A stretch of 63,880 nt of DNA, taken from contig JAHRHZ010000024.1 of NCBI GenBank assembly GCA_024137785.1, forward strand, positions 10,938,846 through 11,002,725. Reading direction: 5' to 3'. A program made the translations under genes and the position numbers. Under the pieces are notes generated by a model. The model saw only the letters and a list, made by a program, of their open reading frames with translations. It did no database searches and was not told the origin of the DNA. The stretch is from Ginglymostoma cirratum (taxonomy: Eukaryota). This document shows, piece after piece, positions 50,223 to 63,428 of the stretch. Numbering within the stretch: position 1 is the stretch's first letter; each line of letters starts with the position of its first letter.

Positions 50223-51019
50223 ACTGTTACGTGAAAAAGTTTGTTAGTTTATCCCTGTTGATCCCTGCATTATGCTCCCTACGCGAAAAGGCCTTCCCCT
50301 GGTTGAGCAGAGCAAGATGCTTGACTTTCAGATTCATTGTCTCTGCTTAGTTCATGACTCTCAGAGCGTATCAGGTTGTTGTTGCTAGACTTTGGATTGA
50401 GTGAAAGCTGCTTCTTGGTCTGTGTCCTAAAAGCATTGCACATCCTTAGCAGTGAGCTTGAATACAGGCTCATATTCTGATGTCAAATTAGGCAGGAACA
50501 TCTTTAAATAATTCACAAATCCAAAACTTCTTTGCATTTATTTAGCATTTGTTGATCACTGCATCTCTGATACGGCTCTTAACTTGTCAGGGTCTGGGCA
50601 AAGTCCTTTCAGTGCCAAGATATGACTTCTGTACCTGACCTCCAACTTAGTCAATAGCCATGTGTTTCTCATTCAGCTGCAATTTTATCCTGAAACAGTT
50701 GGATTAGATTTTGTTTGGGGTGTACAATGCTGGTTCCATTGTGTCTCCACATCCATTTACTAACATCCACAATGGCTTCCACTCCACAAAGATCACTGAC
50801 CATTTTGTGCTGTGTGCATTGACACTCTTCTGGAGGAGTGGAAATAACAAAGCATGGATAACCATCTGTATTTCCTGAAATATCTCCATAATGTAGTTAT
50901 AAATTTTTTGATTTCATCCAGCTTTATGCCAATAACTATCTTTCACAGTGACATTAGTAAAAAAATCTACCTTGGAGATTGCGTACAAAGCATCTTCAAA
51001 GGGTGGCATGGAATAACAA

Positions 51020-52845
51020 AGTGTCTTAGAAACAGAAGAACAGGAATGGGCCAAACAGCCTATTGAACCTTCTCTGCCATTCAATTAAATCATGGCTGAT
51101 CATCCATCTCAATGCCACATTCTCACATCCCATCTCCATATCCATTGCTGATATTAATCTCCAGAAACCGAACAATTTCTGTCTTGATCATATTGTGATT
51201 AAGCTTCAACAGTCCTCTGTTGTAAAAAGAATTCAAAAGATGCTTCAAACTGAGTGAAAAATTGAAAAATTCCCTCCCCATTTCAATCTAAATGGCCTGT
51301 CCCTTGTGGGATTACATCCCTTGATTTTAGGCTCGTTAGCCAGAGGAAACTTTTGTCTACATAAATCCTGCCATATGCTGTAACAATTTTTTACATTTCA
51401 ATAATGTTACTCCTCATTCTTTGAAACTATAAGGAATACAGAGCCAATCTCTTCTCTTAAGACGATTGTACCATCCTAAAAGGCATCTGAAATTCCAAAA
51501 ATACTACATCCATCTGTTTCTCCTTTGTCAAAAGTAGAATTAACATGAAACTTCAGTGTAGTATATTTTATTCTGAAACTAGGACCTTAAATCTGAAGAA
51601 AGGGAATTATGATCAAGCTGGTTATGGTGGATTCTGAAAATATACTCAAAGATTTGATGGTAGACAGCTAATGGCTAGTATTTAAAGAAGTAGTGCATGA
51701 CCTTTCTTAGGTAAGGAGACCAAAACAGCATGCAATTATCCAGGTGTAGTCTCAGCAAGGCCCTGTATAACTAGAGTAAGATGTCTCTATTCCAGAGCTC
51801 AAATCCACTTGCAATGAAGGCCAAAGTACCATTTTTCTTCTGAATCACTTGCAGTACCTGCCTAGCTACTTTCATTGACCGATGTACCAGATCCCTCTGT
51901 ACATCTGCAATTCCCAATATTTCACCCATTAAATAATACCTGGCATGTTTTCACACTGAAGCTTATAACTTCATGTTTATTTCTTCCTTCACGGTGGGGC
52001 GGAGGTTAGCACTGCTGCCTCATAGCACCGGGCACCTGGGTTCAATTCCACCCTCGGGTTACTGTCTGTGTGGAGTTTGCACATTCTCCCCTTGTCTGTG
52101 TGGGTTTCCTCCAGGTGCTCTTGTTTCCTCCCACGGTCCAAAGGTGTGCAGGTTAGGTGGATTGGCCATGCTAAATTGCCCGTAGTGTTCAGGGATGTGT
52201 AGATCAGATGGATTTTAGGGATGGGTCTGGATCAGATGCTGAGTGTTGGTGTGAACTTGTTGGGCCGAAGGGCCTATCTCCACATGGTAGGGATTCTATG
52301 AGACCTCCAATTGATATGTATTCCTCTCAGGCTCAGGCACCTAAAAATTAGATAAACTACTTTGTTTATCCTTTATCGATGCAGTAAGTAATGTTCTCAA
52401 AAGCTCCAATGTGTTTGTCAAATGTCATTGCTGTTTCATAAATCCCTGTTGATGCTGCCACTTTTATCATTCTTTCCTAAATCTACAGTTAACGCATTCC
52501 TTAAAATAGATTCTAATATTTTCCCTACCACTGACATCAAACTAAACAGGTCTGTAGATCCTCGTTCTCTTTCTTCCTCCTCTCAACTTAAACAGTGACA
52601 TTACATTTCTTACTTTCCAGAATGCACAGAATTTTGTAGGATACCACCAGAATATCCATGAGATCTCTAGTAAACTCCTGCGGCACTCAAATGAAGCTCA
52701 GCTGATCCAGAGGATGTATCTAATTTCAATGAAATTTATTTTCAAGTGCTACTGTTAATTAAACTGATATCCTTTAGGTCCTCAGTCTCACAGGTCTCTT
52801 GTTCACCGAGCATTTCTAGGAGTTCATATATCATCTTCTGAGAAG
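51020..52845 (-). mobile_element. Fragmented old CR1 LINE
   Basis: CR1 3' UTR at about 51025; reverse of PHLDNCM at about 51730-51750; reverse of YRPVxLMSVVGKILES at about 52505-52560; a short opposite-strand CR1-like piece at about 51580-51700. Confidence 0.6.
51990..52300 (+). mobile_element. HE1-type V-SINE
   Basis: GGTTAGCACTGCTGCCTCATAGCACCGGGCACCTGGGTTCAATTCC...TGTGTGGAGTTTGCACATTCTCCCC...GGGCCGAAGGGCCT...GGGATTCTATGA. Confidence 0.9.
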
Positions 52846-52990
52846 GCTAAGATTACCATGAAGGTCCTGCTATCTCAACTTCACCATCACTAGAAGCGTG
52901 GTGACCCTCAAGCTAAACTCACCACCAGCCATCTCTCTCCCATGAGTGAGCAACTCTATGGCCCACTGGAACGATGGCAACTTTTACTGA
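52845..52990 (+). mobile_element. SINE-like body fragment
   Basis: GCTAAGATTACCATGAAGG...GTGGTGACCCTCAAGCTAAACTCACCACCAG...TATGGCC...ATGGCAACTTT, recognised as a shark interspersed repeat; family uncertain. Confidence 0.45.
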
Positions 52991-53756
52991 TTCGGTTTAA
53001 CCTGTCTATGTGCAGATTGAAGTTACCCGTTATGACTGTAGTATCCACAATTTCCTCACTTATTCCATGCCCAACATTATCAGTGGTTTTGTGGCCACTG
53101 AAAACTCCCAATATTGTTTTCTCCTTATTGTTTCTTTAGCTCCACCTAAACACCTTGATTATTTGATCCAAGATCCTGTCTTATTAATATAAGGATTGCA
53201 TCCCTTACTAAGAGTGCTACACCAGTTTATTTTACTTGGCCTTAATTTATGTACTCAAATCAATTGATAAATCTGATAAATATTTAACACAGTTTAATGG
53301 TTGCAATACATTTTATTAAAAGCAACTCTTTCACTATATAATCACATGAACCTAATTCACTAGCCCCCAATTCAGCACTGGGTTTCTTGACTCATACAAT
53401 CTGATAGATTTTGCCTTTTATACTCCCCACATGGAAATAACTCCAGTCGTTGCTGATTGAATGCCAATAGTGAAGTGATGAGGACCTTAAGTGAGTATTA
53501 ATTGCCCATTTAAAAGCATTGATTATCATTTGGTTTGGAAGCCTATCCACAAGCATTCATGCTCTGAACTTAATCAGGTAGGACCTGAGAAGGCTCGTGG
53601 TCCCCATTCTGTTCCCACCCAATTAAATAGCCCCCACCATCTCTAAACACATCACGCAGGGGACAGTGGATGGGGGGCTTACATTTTAACCTTGTCCCAG
53701 AGCATGGAGGAGTCCAGACCCAAATTAGCAATAATCATGCCTATAGTGAATGTAAT

Positions 53757-53902
53757 GAAATAAAAAGAAAATGCTAGAAACACTCGGCAGATCAGACAGC
53801 ATTTACGGAGAGAGAAACAGAGTTAACATTTCTCTCAGACTGACCTGCTGAGCATTTCCAGCATTTTCTGATTCTGTTTCAGATTTCTAGTATTCTGTTT
53901 TT
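53757..53902. mobile_element. Penelope-derived fold-back mini-element, degraded
   Basis: AGAAAATGCTAGAAACACTCGGCAGATC and GACCTGCTGAGCATTTCCAGCATTTTCT are inverted; tail TTTCAGATTTCTAGTA. Confidence 0.7.
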
Positions 53903-56194
53903 AGACTGATTCAATGTTGAGTTGACCATGGCAGAATGGTGGATACTGCATTGCCAGATGCAACGTGTGCACACGGCCTGCCTCTCACATTGGAGACTTC
54001 AGAAATTGTGCAATACTCCATTCTCATATCTGGATTTTTAGGATTTTTAATAAAAAAGTCAGTATTTTCTGTCAACCGAAGATTATTAAAATGTGAAGTA
54101 TTTTGTCACAATTGCTATTGAGGCAGAAAACATATTATCACTTAAAATATGGAATCTGACATGTAGTTGAAAAGGTAGAATATGAAAGGATAGGGAAAAG
54201 AGAAAGGAAATAAGATTAGAGTTGAAAGTAAACAACAGCAAAGCTCCAATCAAATGATGGTCTGCTTCTGTATTAAATCTATGAAAACTGCTTCACACGA
54301 AGATAAAAGAGATATTGCAGCACCAGGACCAAAACAACATTAACCTTTTTCTTTCAGTTTAATGTCTTATGCTAAGCTTTTGGTATCAAACAGAACAATC
54401 AGCCGTCAAGCTTTGAACACCGAACTTGCACAACTCAATGGCGTAGTTGACTCAACTCACCTGGGCCAAAGATGTTGATGAGCTATTTGGTTCAGATTAC
54501 TTGTGGGATTAACAACATAATTAATGAATTAACACCGGGGATTCTCCATGTATTTGTGTTGGCTTTGAAACTGGGTCATTTGTATATCACCAAACTGGTT
54601 TGTGCATCTGCGTCAGGCAAGTCCTTTTTGTTTATAAAATACAATCTTCTTAACATAGTTGCAAAAGGATTTAGCAAAAAGTCACTCTTCAAAAGTGCAG
54701 GTTAGTTAATATTCTCGTGACTTGATTGCTTGGTAGATTGTGCATTTGTATGGATCTACTTTTCTAATATCTTTCAGAATTAATAAGTAAATCGGAATGA
54801 AGTCTTAAAAGCTTTGTTGTTTCACATTGAATTTTAGCAAAAATCACATTGTTAAACTCCACCGAATCCATGTGGTTATATAACTTCTTGAAGCCATTCA
54901 ATGTAAGCATGTACCAGTAGGTCAAGAAACTCTCAGGGCAGACCCTCCAAATCAAATTGGAAGTGACAAAGGAGCTCAATTTCTGAAAGTGGTCCTGAGG
55001 AATTGACAATAGCTTCACAAGAAGTTTAGTGATGTCAGATGAGTGTTCAAGGTCTGTGAAAGCATTCACACGTAACATTACAGCTCAACCACATCCTGCC
55101 ATCTTGTTTAATACAACTCAGACTCGCTCACTTCTCCAGGAGCAGTCTCTGGCCCTCTGGACTCAATTTAAACATTTAGATACTTTTTCACAACCTTATA
55201 TATCTTTCACTAATAATTGTCGTACGCAAACCTCACACTATTCAGTCCTAGCAGACATAGCAGGCCATGGTGCAGCAAAATCACTGACGCCCCTCACTCT
55301 CTCTTGCATGATAAAGTGTCCCATGAGACAAGAAAAGAGCTGAAAACGAACATAGTCCAGGAACACTTTTACTGATAGAGCCCAATAGTGCAGATGATGA
55401 TCTGCAACACAAAGATGAGCTGGCTGCAATAAAGCTCGTTGTATCCTGCATTGCTATTATCAGCCATGATGATGCTATGGTAGTGGCTGATCATTCTGTT
55501 TCTCTGTAATTAGGGACAAAATAATAAACTCACATATTCATGCTGACCTGGTCAGCATAGGTAAAACAATTTCACAATTTATAAAATTTATATTTTTTTA
55601 AAAGAAACTGGAGTTAATGGGAATCAAGTATCCTTTGCAACTTCACCACAGACTATCATACAAGCATATAATGCTGAATAGTATCATAGTCTTCCCCCTC
55701 TGAATTGACATGCCTAAAAATTTACGTCTTTGTGGAATTAATAGCTTTAATGTTTATCCCAAAACACAGAACTAATGACCCCTAGATTATGTCTCCAGGT
55801 TTGTGATTTAACTACTATATCACTGAAGGTGATTCACTGATACTGAAAGACCATCACTTACCTTCCATTGTATATCATTGAACACTGCTTGTGAGATACT
55901 AAGATCTGTTTATTCCAAGACACAGAGAACATATGGGACAGTCTGGAGAATGATATTGATAATGCAACACTTCAGAGAAAGGCCATGCCTTCTTATCTTT
56001 CAAGAACAGAGAAGCCCTTAAAGAGCCTTCCAACATGATTCCAAAGCTCTGAGCTCAACTAAAAATATTTTTATAATATTTTAGTAATATAATGTCTCAA
56101 CATGAAAGTGTTAATCTGACAAAGTGGCTGAAACTGCAGGCACTTGAAGATTCTTAACCTTATATGAGTACACATTGTGAAATTGACAACAGGT

Positions 56195-56990
56195 CTCTGA
56201 GGTGCTGAACCTCAATGTAACCAGCTTGTTCCAAGGAATGACCTGTGTTGGATCTCTCAGTTGTGCACCCACAACAACATCAGGGCAGTCACCAGTGATC
56301 TCTGCACAGGTTCATTTGGGTTCTTCAATGGAGAAGTAAAAGCTGCAGCCCAGGCAGTAGAGTTCGGGAACACAGTTGGGTGCTCCAGGAGCAGGGTGTA
56401 ATTAACTGCACACATGTGCACACATGGGCCATATTGCAATGCTGCAGAATTCATCAACAGAAACGGACGATCAAATGACCTATCATCACCATTAACACTA
56501 TCTGAAGGTGTTTGCCGCTGCACAAGCATCTGGTATGTCTCCTACATCCTGTAGAACTCTTGAGCACCTGGTGTATTTGAGGATCCAAGTGCCTTACACC
56601 CAGGTGCTTTACAAAGCTGGTTACTGGGGGAACAAAGGTTACCCATAGTGACCATGGCAGGTGACATCATTGTGCAGCTCCCTGACTCTAGCAGAACACA
56701 AAATACTGCTGCATGTACCTCATTCAGGGTCATAATGGAGAGGAGATGCACTTCTTGGACAGGTCTGGGGTGACCCTCCATTATAGACTGGACTGAGGGT
56801 GTTGCATCATCCTGGCGTTTTGTGCTCTATACAATTGGAGCAGGCAACGAGGCACTGTGATAGTTGCAGATGAATAAGGGGAGCAGGAGCAGCTTTCCAA
56901 GGATAAGGAAGATAGGACAGTTTGGAGGAGGAAGCTGACATAGTCCTCAGTTTCATCAGGCACCACAGGCCAAACAAAACATTTTTGATA
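56195..56990 (+). pseudogene. Fossil PIF/Harbinger DDE transposase
   Basis: Broken frames read LNLNVTSLFQG, ISQ..H..IRAVT.DL, QGVINCTHV, EFINRNG, WLLGEQ (cf. LLGDxGY) and IILAFCALYN in the expected order, then an acidic tail. Confidence 0.72.
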
Positions 56991-59900
56991 CGCACTTCCA
57001 AAAGATGAGAGATGGATGCAGCAGACAATGATGGACTGTAAATTAATCTTTGGTCATGATGTAGAAATCAAGTTTGTATTTGTCTATTTGCATGTCTGTA
57101 CATGATATTCTTGTACTGGATAATGACAAGATGTGGGTCTACAGTGGACATCGAGGATATGGTAGCACTGACTTAGACGGTGTTCAGATAGGATGTAACA
57201 AGGGAAACGTATGTGTCATTTAAATGGCAATGAAGAAAAAGAATGGGGTCATATGTATAACGGAGTGTCAGCCATGGACAGAGTGGCTGCTGGACCATGG
57301 AGTTGCTAGTGAGAGCAAGACCTAATTGCCAATACTTGTTCCCATGCACAGAGGCCTTTCAAAGATACCACAGAAACAAGGAATGCCAGTCATTCGCTGT
57401 ATGTCCTCTGAGTGGTAGGTAGTGTGGGAACAGAGCATGGTGGGTAGAAATTGGGTGTGAAAAACACCAAAGCAGCACAGTCAGTAATGAAAACAGCAAA
57501 TTTAATAAGATATTGTGTGGAAACTTACTAGGCCTCGTGGCAAAATAAAACTGCCTAAAAAACTCAACGCAATTCAGATTTAGCCAAAAACAACCCACTA
57601 AATTCAGTCCAAATGGTTGTTTATAGGCAGAGCACAATTTAAGGAGGGTAAAAGGATAATGGATTCGGAGGAGACTGTGTGTAATGAACTGAGAAGTGAA
57701 AATAAATAAGGATGAGGACTCAGTCAGTGTAAAGAAGAGGGAAAGCTGTAAGTGTGTCTTAGTGCGAAAATTTTAGTTGCACTTAAATTGATGGAAGAGA
57801 TTTTAAATAAGAGATAAGAGGGTGGAAATAAGGTGATGCGCTTGAGCAAGTGTCTGGGGAACAAGGAGACAAACAAAGCTAATAGTCAGGACCACCTGCA
57901 CCACCATCTCTGTACCCATCTCTTTCAACACATTAGGGTTCAACTCTGTGGAGGGGCTTATTCAAAGGCATTCAGTGGATGATTGCTAGGCCTGGTTCTG
58001 TGAAGGGAGTTTGCACCTAAGAGTCATACCTTCTCCCCTTTCTCTGTAATTCCCAAAATGTAAAACCCATCCCACAAAGGTTTCCCTCTGGCCTGGATTG
58101 TTCTGTGCTCCTGAGTCTCTGATGCCTGTGGTTCTTGCAACAGCCAGTGCCTCTCTGGTGTTGCTGATGAGCAAAGCTGGCCTCCTGTCTCTGTGGACAG
58201 GATCTCTGCTCCCTGAGATCCTTGACACGGGAAAGGGCAACTAGTAGCCACTTAGGGGAGGCATTTAATACTGGCAAGCTCTCCTAGAGGAGGCAACCCA
58301 GGTCTCTTGCATGTTTTCCAACCTGCAAGTAAAACACATGGCACCTCCATAATATCACCACCACTGATACCTACGTGGCACCCTTTAGTTTCAAACAATT
58401 TGTTTTTTGTAAAACCTATCAAATTTAATGACAAAACAACATTAATCTGAAACTTCATTTCAGAAAAAAAGCCTGGTTGCCCTACTTTTAGCTAATGTAC
58501 AAACAGTGCAAGGCAAATAGTAGGATATTAAATAAGGTTTATGATTCCACTCATGGTGAGACCCATACCACATGTATCTGCTAATTATGTTAACAACTGG
58601 TTGCCAAGAGCAGGCAAGAACAGGCAGATTGACTCATCTTACAATAAGCCCTTCTTCCCTGTGGAAACTTAAAATTGAAGATATTCCACCAGTCCTCCAA
58701 CAGAGAGTCAAACCAACAGATGGACTCAGCAGCTAAATATAAGACAAGCATTAGGCTGTACATTTTCATTTCTAAAACAGCTGGATCTAAGTCCCAGCAG
58801 CAGGCTTGATTTCTCAATTTTTGCAAAATGGCCAATTTTAAAAGTGGGATTAAAAAAAACACAAACTGCAAGAACTGACAATTTGGCTTTGATAGTTCAT
58901 GCAAGTTTCAGCAGTGAGAAATCCTATTTGTCAAGAAAGACTTGGATTTGAACAAAAAGGGGATGTTACAAAATGATCTATTTAGTTCTTCTTCTCTGTT
59001 CCCAGAAATACTCCCAGTTCATTTATTTTTTGGTGTGTGCATGTGTGTGTGTTTGTAACTGTGTCTGTGATGGTAGTTGTTAGTAATGCAAAAAAAAAAG
59101 CTTTGAACTTCGCTTAAATCTGTCCCACATAAAATTCTTAAATTCTTCTTTCATCATTCAGAATATATAATTTTTGATAATTAAAATGCTATGACTATTA
59201 TATGAGTAGAGACAGCACAAACGCACTCTTGTGCGTAGAATTTACCAACAAATGAGATTGCACATTTTTTGGTATCTTTGGCTAATTTTAAGACAGTCAC
59301 TATTTTACAGGAAATTACAAGTTAATGTGCTATGTACTTGTATTTTTATTCTAAAAACAACGTGCAGTGGCATTGTATCTGAATGTGATGTGCTTGTACA
59401 TGTGATGCTCATTTGTATAGAATTATGGCAATTACCTTTGTTTCCTTTCTACTGTTCTAATGGATTTAAGAATCATAATCCTTGAAAATCATAAACTCGT
59501 GGTATTTTAAATTGTGCAATCCACAGGTAAAGTCAGCTAATTGGTAATACTTAAGGAATAAATTCGTGATGAAATACTAATGTAGTCTTATTGAAGGATT
59601 ATCCACACATCAATTTAGAACTAGAATATTAGCACTTAAAATGTGTGATGATTCAAAATACCTTTTCATGTCGTTAGTCTATTTCAAATCTTTACAAATT
59701 TTATATCGTTAAAGTTCACTTTTAAATGCTAACAAAGAATGATAATTTGTTAATCTTGTCCATCAAAGAATTCAGTAGCTGTACAGTTAATGAACAGACT
59801 AAAGTTTTGATTTTTTTCGTTGTGAACATAATATTGCACAGCAAAGTTTGTCACAGTTGCAACTGACAGTCCCCAGCAGGAGATAAAACATTATTGGCAG

Positions 59901-60224
59901 CAATGACTAATTTCCATATCACAAAGCTATAACTGTTAGGACAACATGGCATGTGATAAAGTGATGATGTCAAGTCACAGTATTTTAATAACAAATGTAT
60001 TTTTTTTTCTTTTGTGTCAAATTAATTGATGAGAACCATAGTTTATCTTTGCAAAAGGACTGAACAAAACTCAAATTATGATATTTAGTCAGACTTTTAG
60101 CCACTATAAGATATTAAAAGGCAGCATATGCTTCAATTAAATCTATTTGTGCTAAAGTATGATGTCAACAATAAGCTTACAGATAATATATTGAATAATC
60201 CACATTCTTAAAGATACCCAGTCC

Positions 60225-60570
60225 ACCACCAGATCACTGTGTAATATGATGCAGTGCAATGACCTATTAAGGCTTCTTCAACAGCATGTTCCAAACCCAA
60301 TAACTTTAACCAGCTAAAAGGAAAGAGGGTAACAGGCACATAACCATCAGTTCTGAGTTCCACTACAAATGGAGTTTCGCTCCAGTGCCTTGACCTGGAC
60401 CTATATTACAGTTCTTTTGTTGTCACTGGGTTAAAAACTGAATTAAGCTGCTATGGGAATATTGTTACCACATGAACTTCAATGGTTGAAGAACCTGGTT
60501 GTTAGGACAACTATAGTTGAGCAATATCTTCCATACGTCACCCATATGTCAAGAATGAATTACTAAAATA
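60225..60570 (+). mobile_element. L2/CR1-group LINE 3' fragment, old
   Basis: GATGCAGTGCAATGACCTATTAAGGCTTCTTCAACAGCATGTTCCAAACCC...CTTGACCTGGACCTATATT...GAATGAAT, homologous to 8050-8395. Confidence 0.55.
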
Positions 60571-61849
60571 AACATTTTTACGGTTCAATCTGTTGATAAG
60601 TAACTTTTCTGAATTCTAACATCTCCTATATCATTGTTTCCTTTCCCTTCATAATCTGAATTCTTAAGGAATCCTGTCTCATAGACTCTTAGGAAACTGA
60701 CTCAAAAGGAGGAAATTTAGATTATAAACTGTAAGAGATAAATAATACCTCCATACTAAAAGCAACTTAGAGGCTACTAAAAGCGAGATATCTGTAGGCA
60801 CCTGTGCAAACAGGAAACAATTCTAATGAAAACATTTTAGAAATAGCTTGAGAAAGTTAGGATAGACGTTGATAGAGACTGCTAGGGTTACATCGATTGT
60901 TTTTTTCCTGACTGAGTTAAGGAGATCTTAAACATTAACCTATGACATAGAAGGGACATGTGTTTTATGTACTGTACATGAAGGGAGATTGGAATGTGGG
61001 TAATGGAATGTGAACAGTATAAAGACCATTAACTTCTCTGTGTGCTTTCGAGTTTTACTTCAGTCCAGTAATTAAGACAGATTTCTCCTGGCATCATTTG
61101 AATGAAATGATTGTAAAAGCCTATATTCAGTCTCCAGCAGTTAATTATTTACAAATCAAGAAAAATACTCTAAATATCAGATATCTGTTGATAGAATCAG
61201 ACCTGAGAGGAATCGCACAATCCTCAAATATTTCCAAATATACGTCCACCAAAACACTGAAGACCTTGAAATCAAGCTCTGTTCGGATCTAGGATAACCA
61301 AAAGTACCATGCCATCTGGATATTTCAGCAAGGTCAAATTGGCCCAACAACAGTGAGAAGTGCTGGAATAGGGACTTGCATCATCTTTGGTAAGGAAGCA
61401 ATACAATCAGTGAGTTCAACCATCAAACTCCTTATTTAATATGATCTGAAGCAAAGAGATTTCAAACTGAGTGGACACCTGTAATCTCATATAGACAGAT
61501 GTGAAAAACAAAGCTAGCACTGGGAGAATCCAACTCTAATCCTGACCTCTCCTCAACTGACAGAGCTTTTATTTTATTTGGGTTTGCGTCAATTGAATGA
61601 CCAGCCTGGAGTATTTTTAGGCTGTGAGTTTCTGCACATACACTGTTGCTGATGTTACCTGCTCCCAAACACTATGTAAGGCTTTTCAATTCCTCATGAA
61701 TGGTAATGCTCCTGTAATGTAGCTGTGCATAGTAGGTTATTTAATGCAACCTTAGTGTAGATTCTGAGACCTTTATCTTAATGTGCTCTTTCTAGAATAA
61801 TATCTTTTCTCTCTATCAGAATCATATTATCAATTATACCATAATTTAT

Positions 61850-62545
61850 AGTCATAGAGTTTTACAGCATGGAAAGAGGTCTTCTGTCCCATCCTGTCCA
61901 TGTCAGTCATCAAGGACTTATTTACTCTAGTCCCATTTTCCAGAATCGGCCTGAAGCTTTGTTCACTACACTCCTATTAACTGTTGTGGTGGTTCCCAAC
62001 TCACCCACTCTTTTAGGCAGTAAAGCCCAGATATCCACCACTCACTGGATGAAAAATTATTTTAAAATGTCCTATAAAATTCCTGCCCTTCATGTTTTTT
62101 CCAATCTATGCAGTCTATTCATCTCATAATTCGGTACACCTCAGTCATGTCCTCACTCAGCTTTCTCTTCTTCAAGGAAAATATCCACTGTTTGTATAAT
62201 CTCTCTTTATTGCTGAAATACTCATCTCGGCAACATCCTGGTGAATCTCTTCTGCACCCTGTCTAGTGCAATCCTACAGTGTGGCAAACAGGATTACACA
62301 CCAGATTCCAGCTATAGCTTATCCAACATTGTATGTAGCTCCACCATAACCTCCCTCCTCTTGTTTTCAATGCCTTGACTAATAAAGGCAAGTGTTCCAT
62401 ATTATCCACCTTATCCACCTGTCCTGTTGACTTCAACAATCTGTGGACAGAGTCACCAAGATCACTCTGACCCTCTGTACTTCACAAGTCCTAACATTCA
62501 TCCTGTGCTCCTTTGTCTAGTTAATTCTCCCAAAATATGTACATT
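61850..62545 (-). mobile_element. CR1 LINE 3' fragment
   Basis: GTCATAGAGTTTTACAGCATGGAAAGAGG tail; GGCAACATCCTGGTGAATCTCTTCTGCACCC is the reverse of RVQKRFTRML. Confidence 0.8.
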
Positions 62546-63054
62546 CAGAATGTACATAAACCTCATTATCCTACATACCCCTCAGGTTTTTCTTTACTTG
62601 GCCTGCATTATAACAGTAATTTACTTTAACTTACATAAACTTTGAAATCACTAACGTAATTACAACATCATTATCACTGCTATCACCATTACGACCCACC
62701 ATTATCACCTACCTACCCACTCTTTCACTTGAATCTCATAATTGAGATGAATTGGAACACTGGCTACGCATCTTGATCTGGTTCACTTGAGTTCAGCACA
62801 AAGATTCTGGCATTATTCCAAATCTAGAATATTTGTACCATTCTGTGCAGAAACGTACCATTATACAGTTGTAGTAGTTCTTTGTACGCTATACAAGTCA
62901 ATTGTCTGCTGTTGTCTAGGTATGATTGTCCCTTATTCTGTGACCATCATACTTGGTCTCAATTCTTAGCTTGAGTAAGATTATTGCTTTCTTGTTCCTT
63001 CTGAATGCCCATTAGATGTTCTGACAATTTAAGTTCTTTATTTTTTTGTTTGAC

Positions 63055-63428
63055 TTCATTTTTTGTCATATGTACCAAGATACAGTGAAAAGTATTGCTT
63101 TGCCTGCCATCCAGACAAATCATACCTTACATAAGCACATCAGGGTAATGGAACAGAACGCAAAATATAGTGTGGCAGCTACAGGGAGAGTGCAGTGAAA
63201 GTTCAAGTTTAATACATGAGGGGTCTTTTCATAAATCTGACAAAAAGAAGGAAGAAGCTCGTCTTGAATCAGTTGGTACATGTTTTCAAACTGTTATGGC
63301 TTCTGCCTGATGGAAGAGGGTTGAAGCGTTTGTAACTGAGGCGGGAAGGGTCCTTGATTATGCTGGCTGCTTTCCCAAGGCTGCAGGAAGCATTGACTGT
63401 GTCAGAAGAAAGAAGGTTGGTTTTCATC
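63055..63428 (-). mobile_element. Rex1/Babar LINE 3' fragment
   Basis: ORF 63269..63502(-) GKAASIIKDPSR...PLPSGRSHNSLKTCTN plus 3' UTR; truncated by the adjacent PLE. Confidence 0.75.

Noticed and set aside
54764-55343. Two 104-aa ORFs in unique DNA
   Set aside because: No recognisable domain or convincing splice context; lengths are compatible with chance in 64 kb.
58480-58930. Possible additional LTR remnant
   Set aside because: Composition is suggestive, but I could not define TG...CA termini or a TSD.
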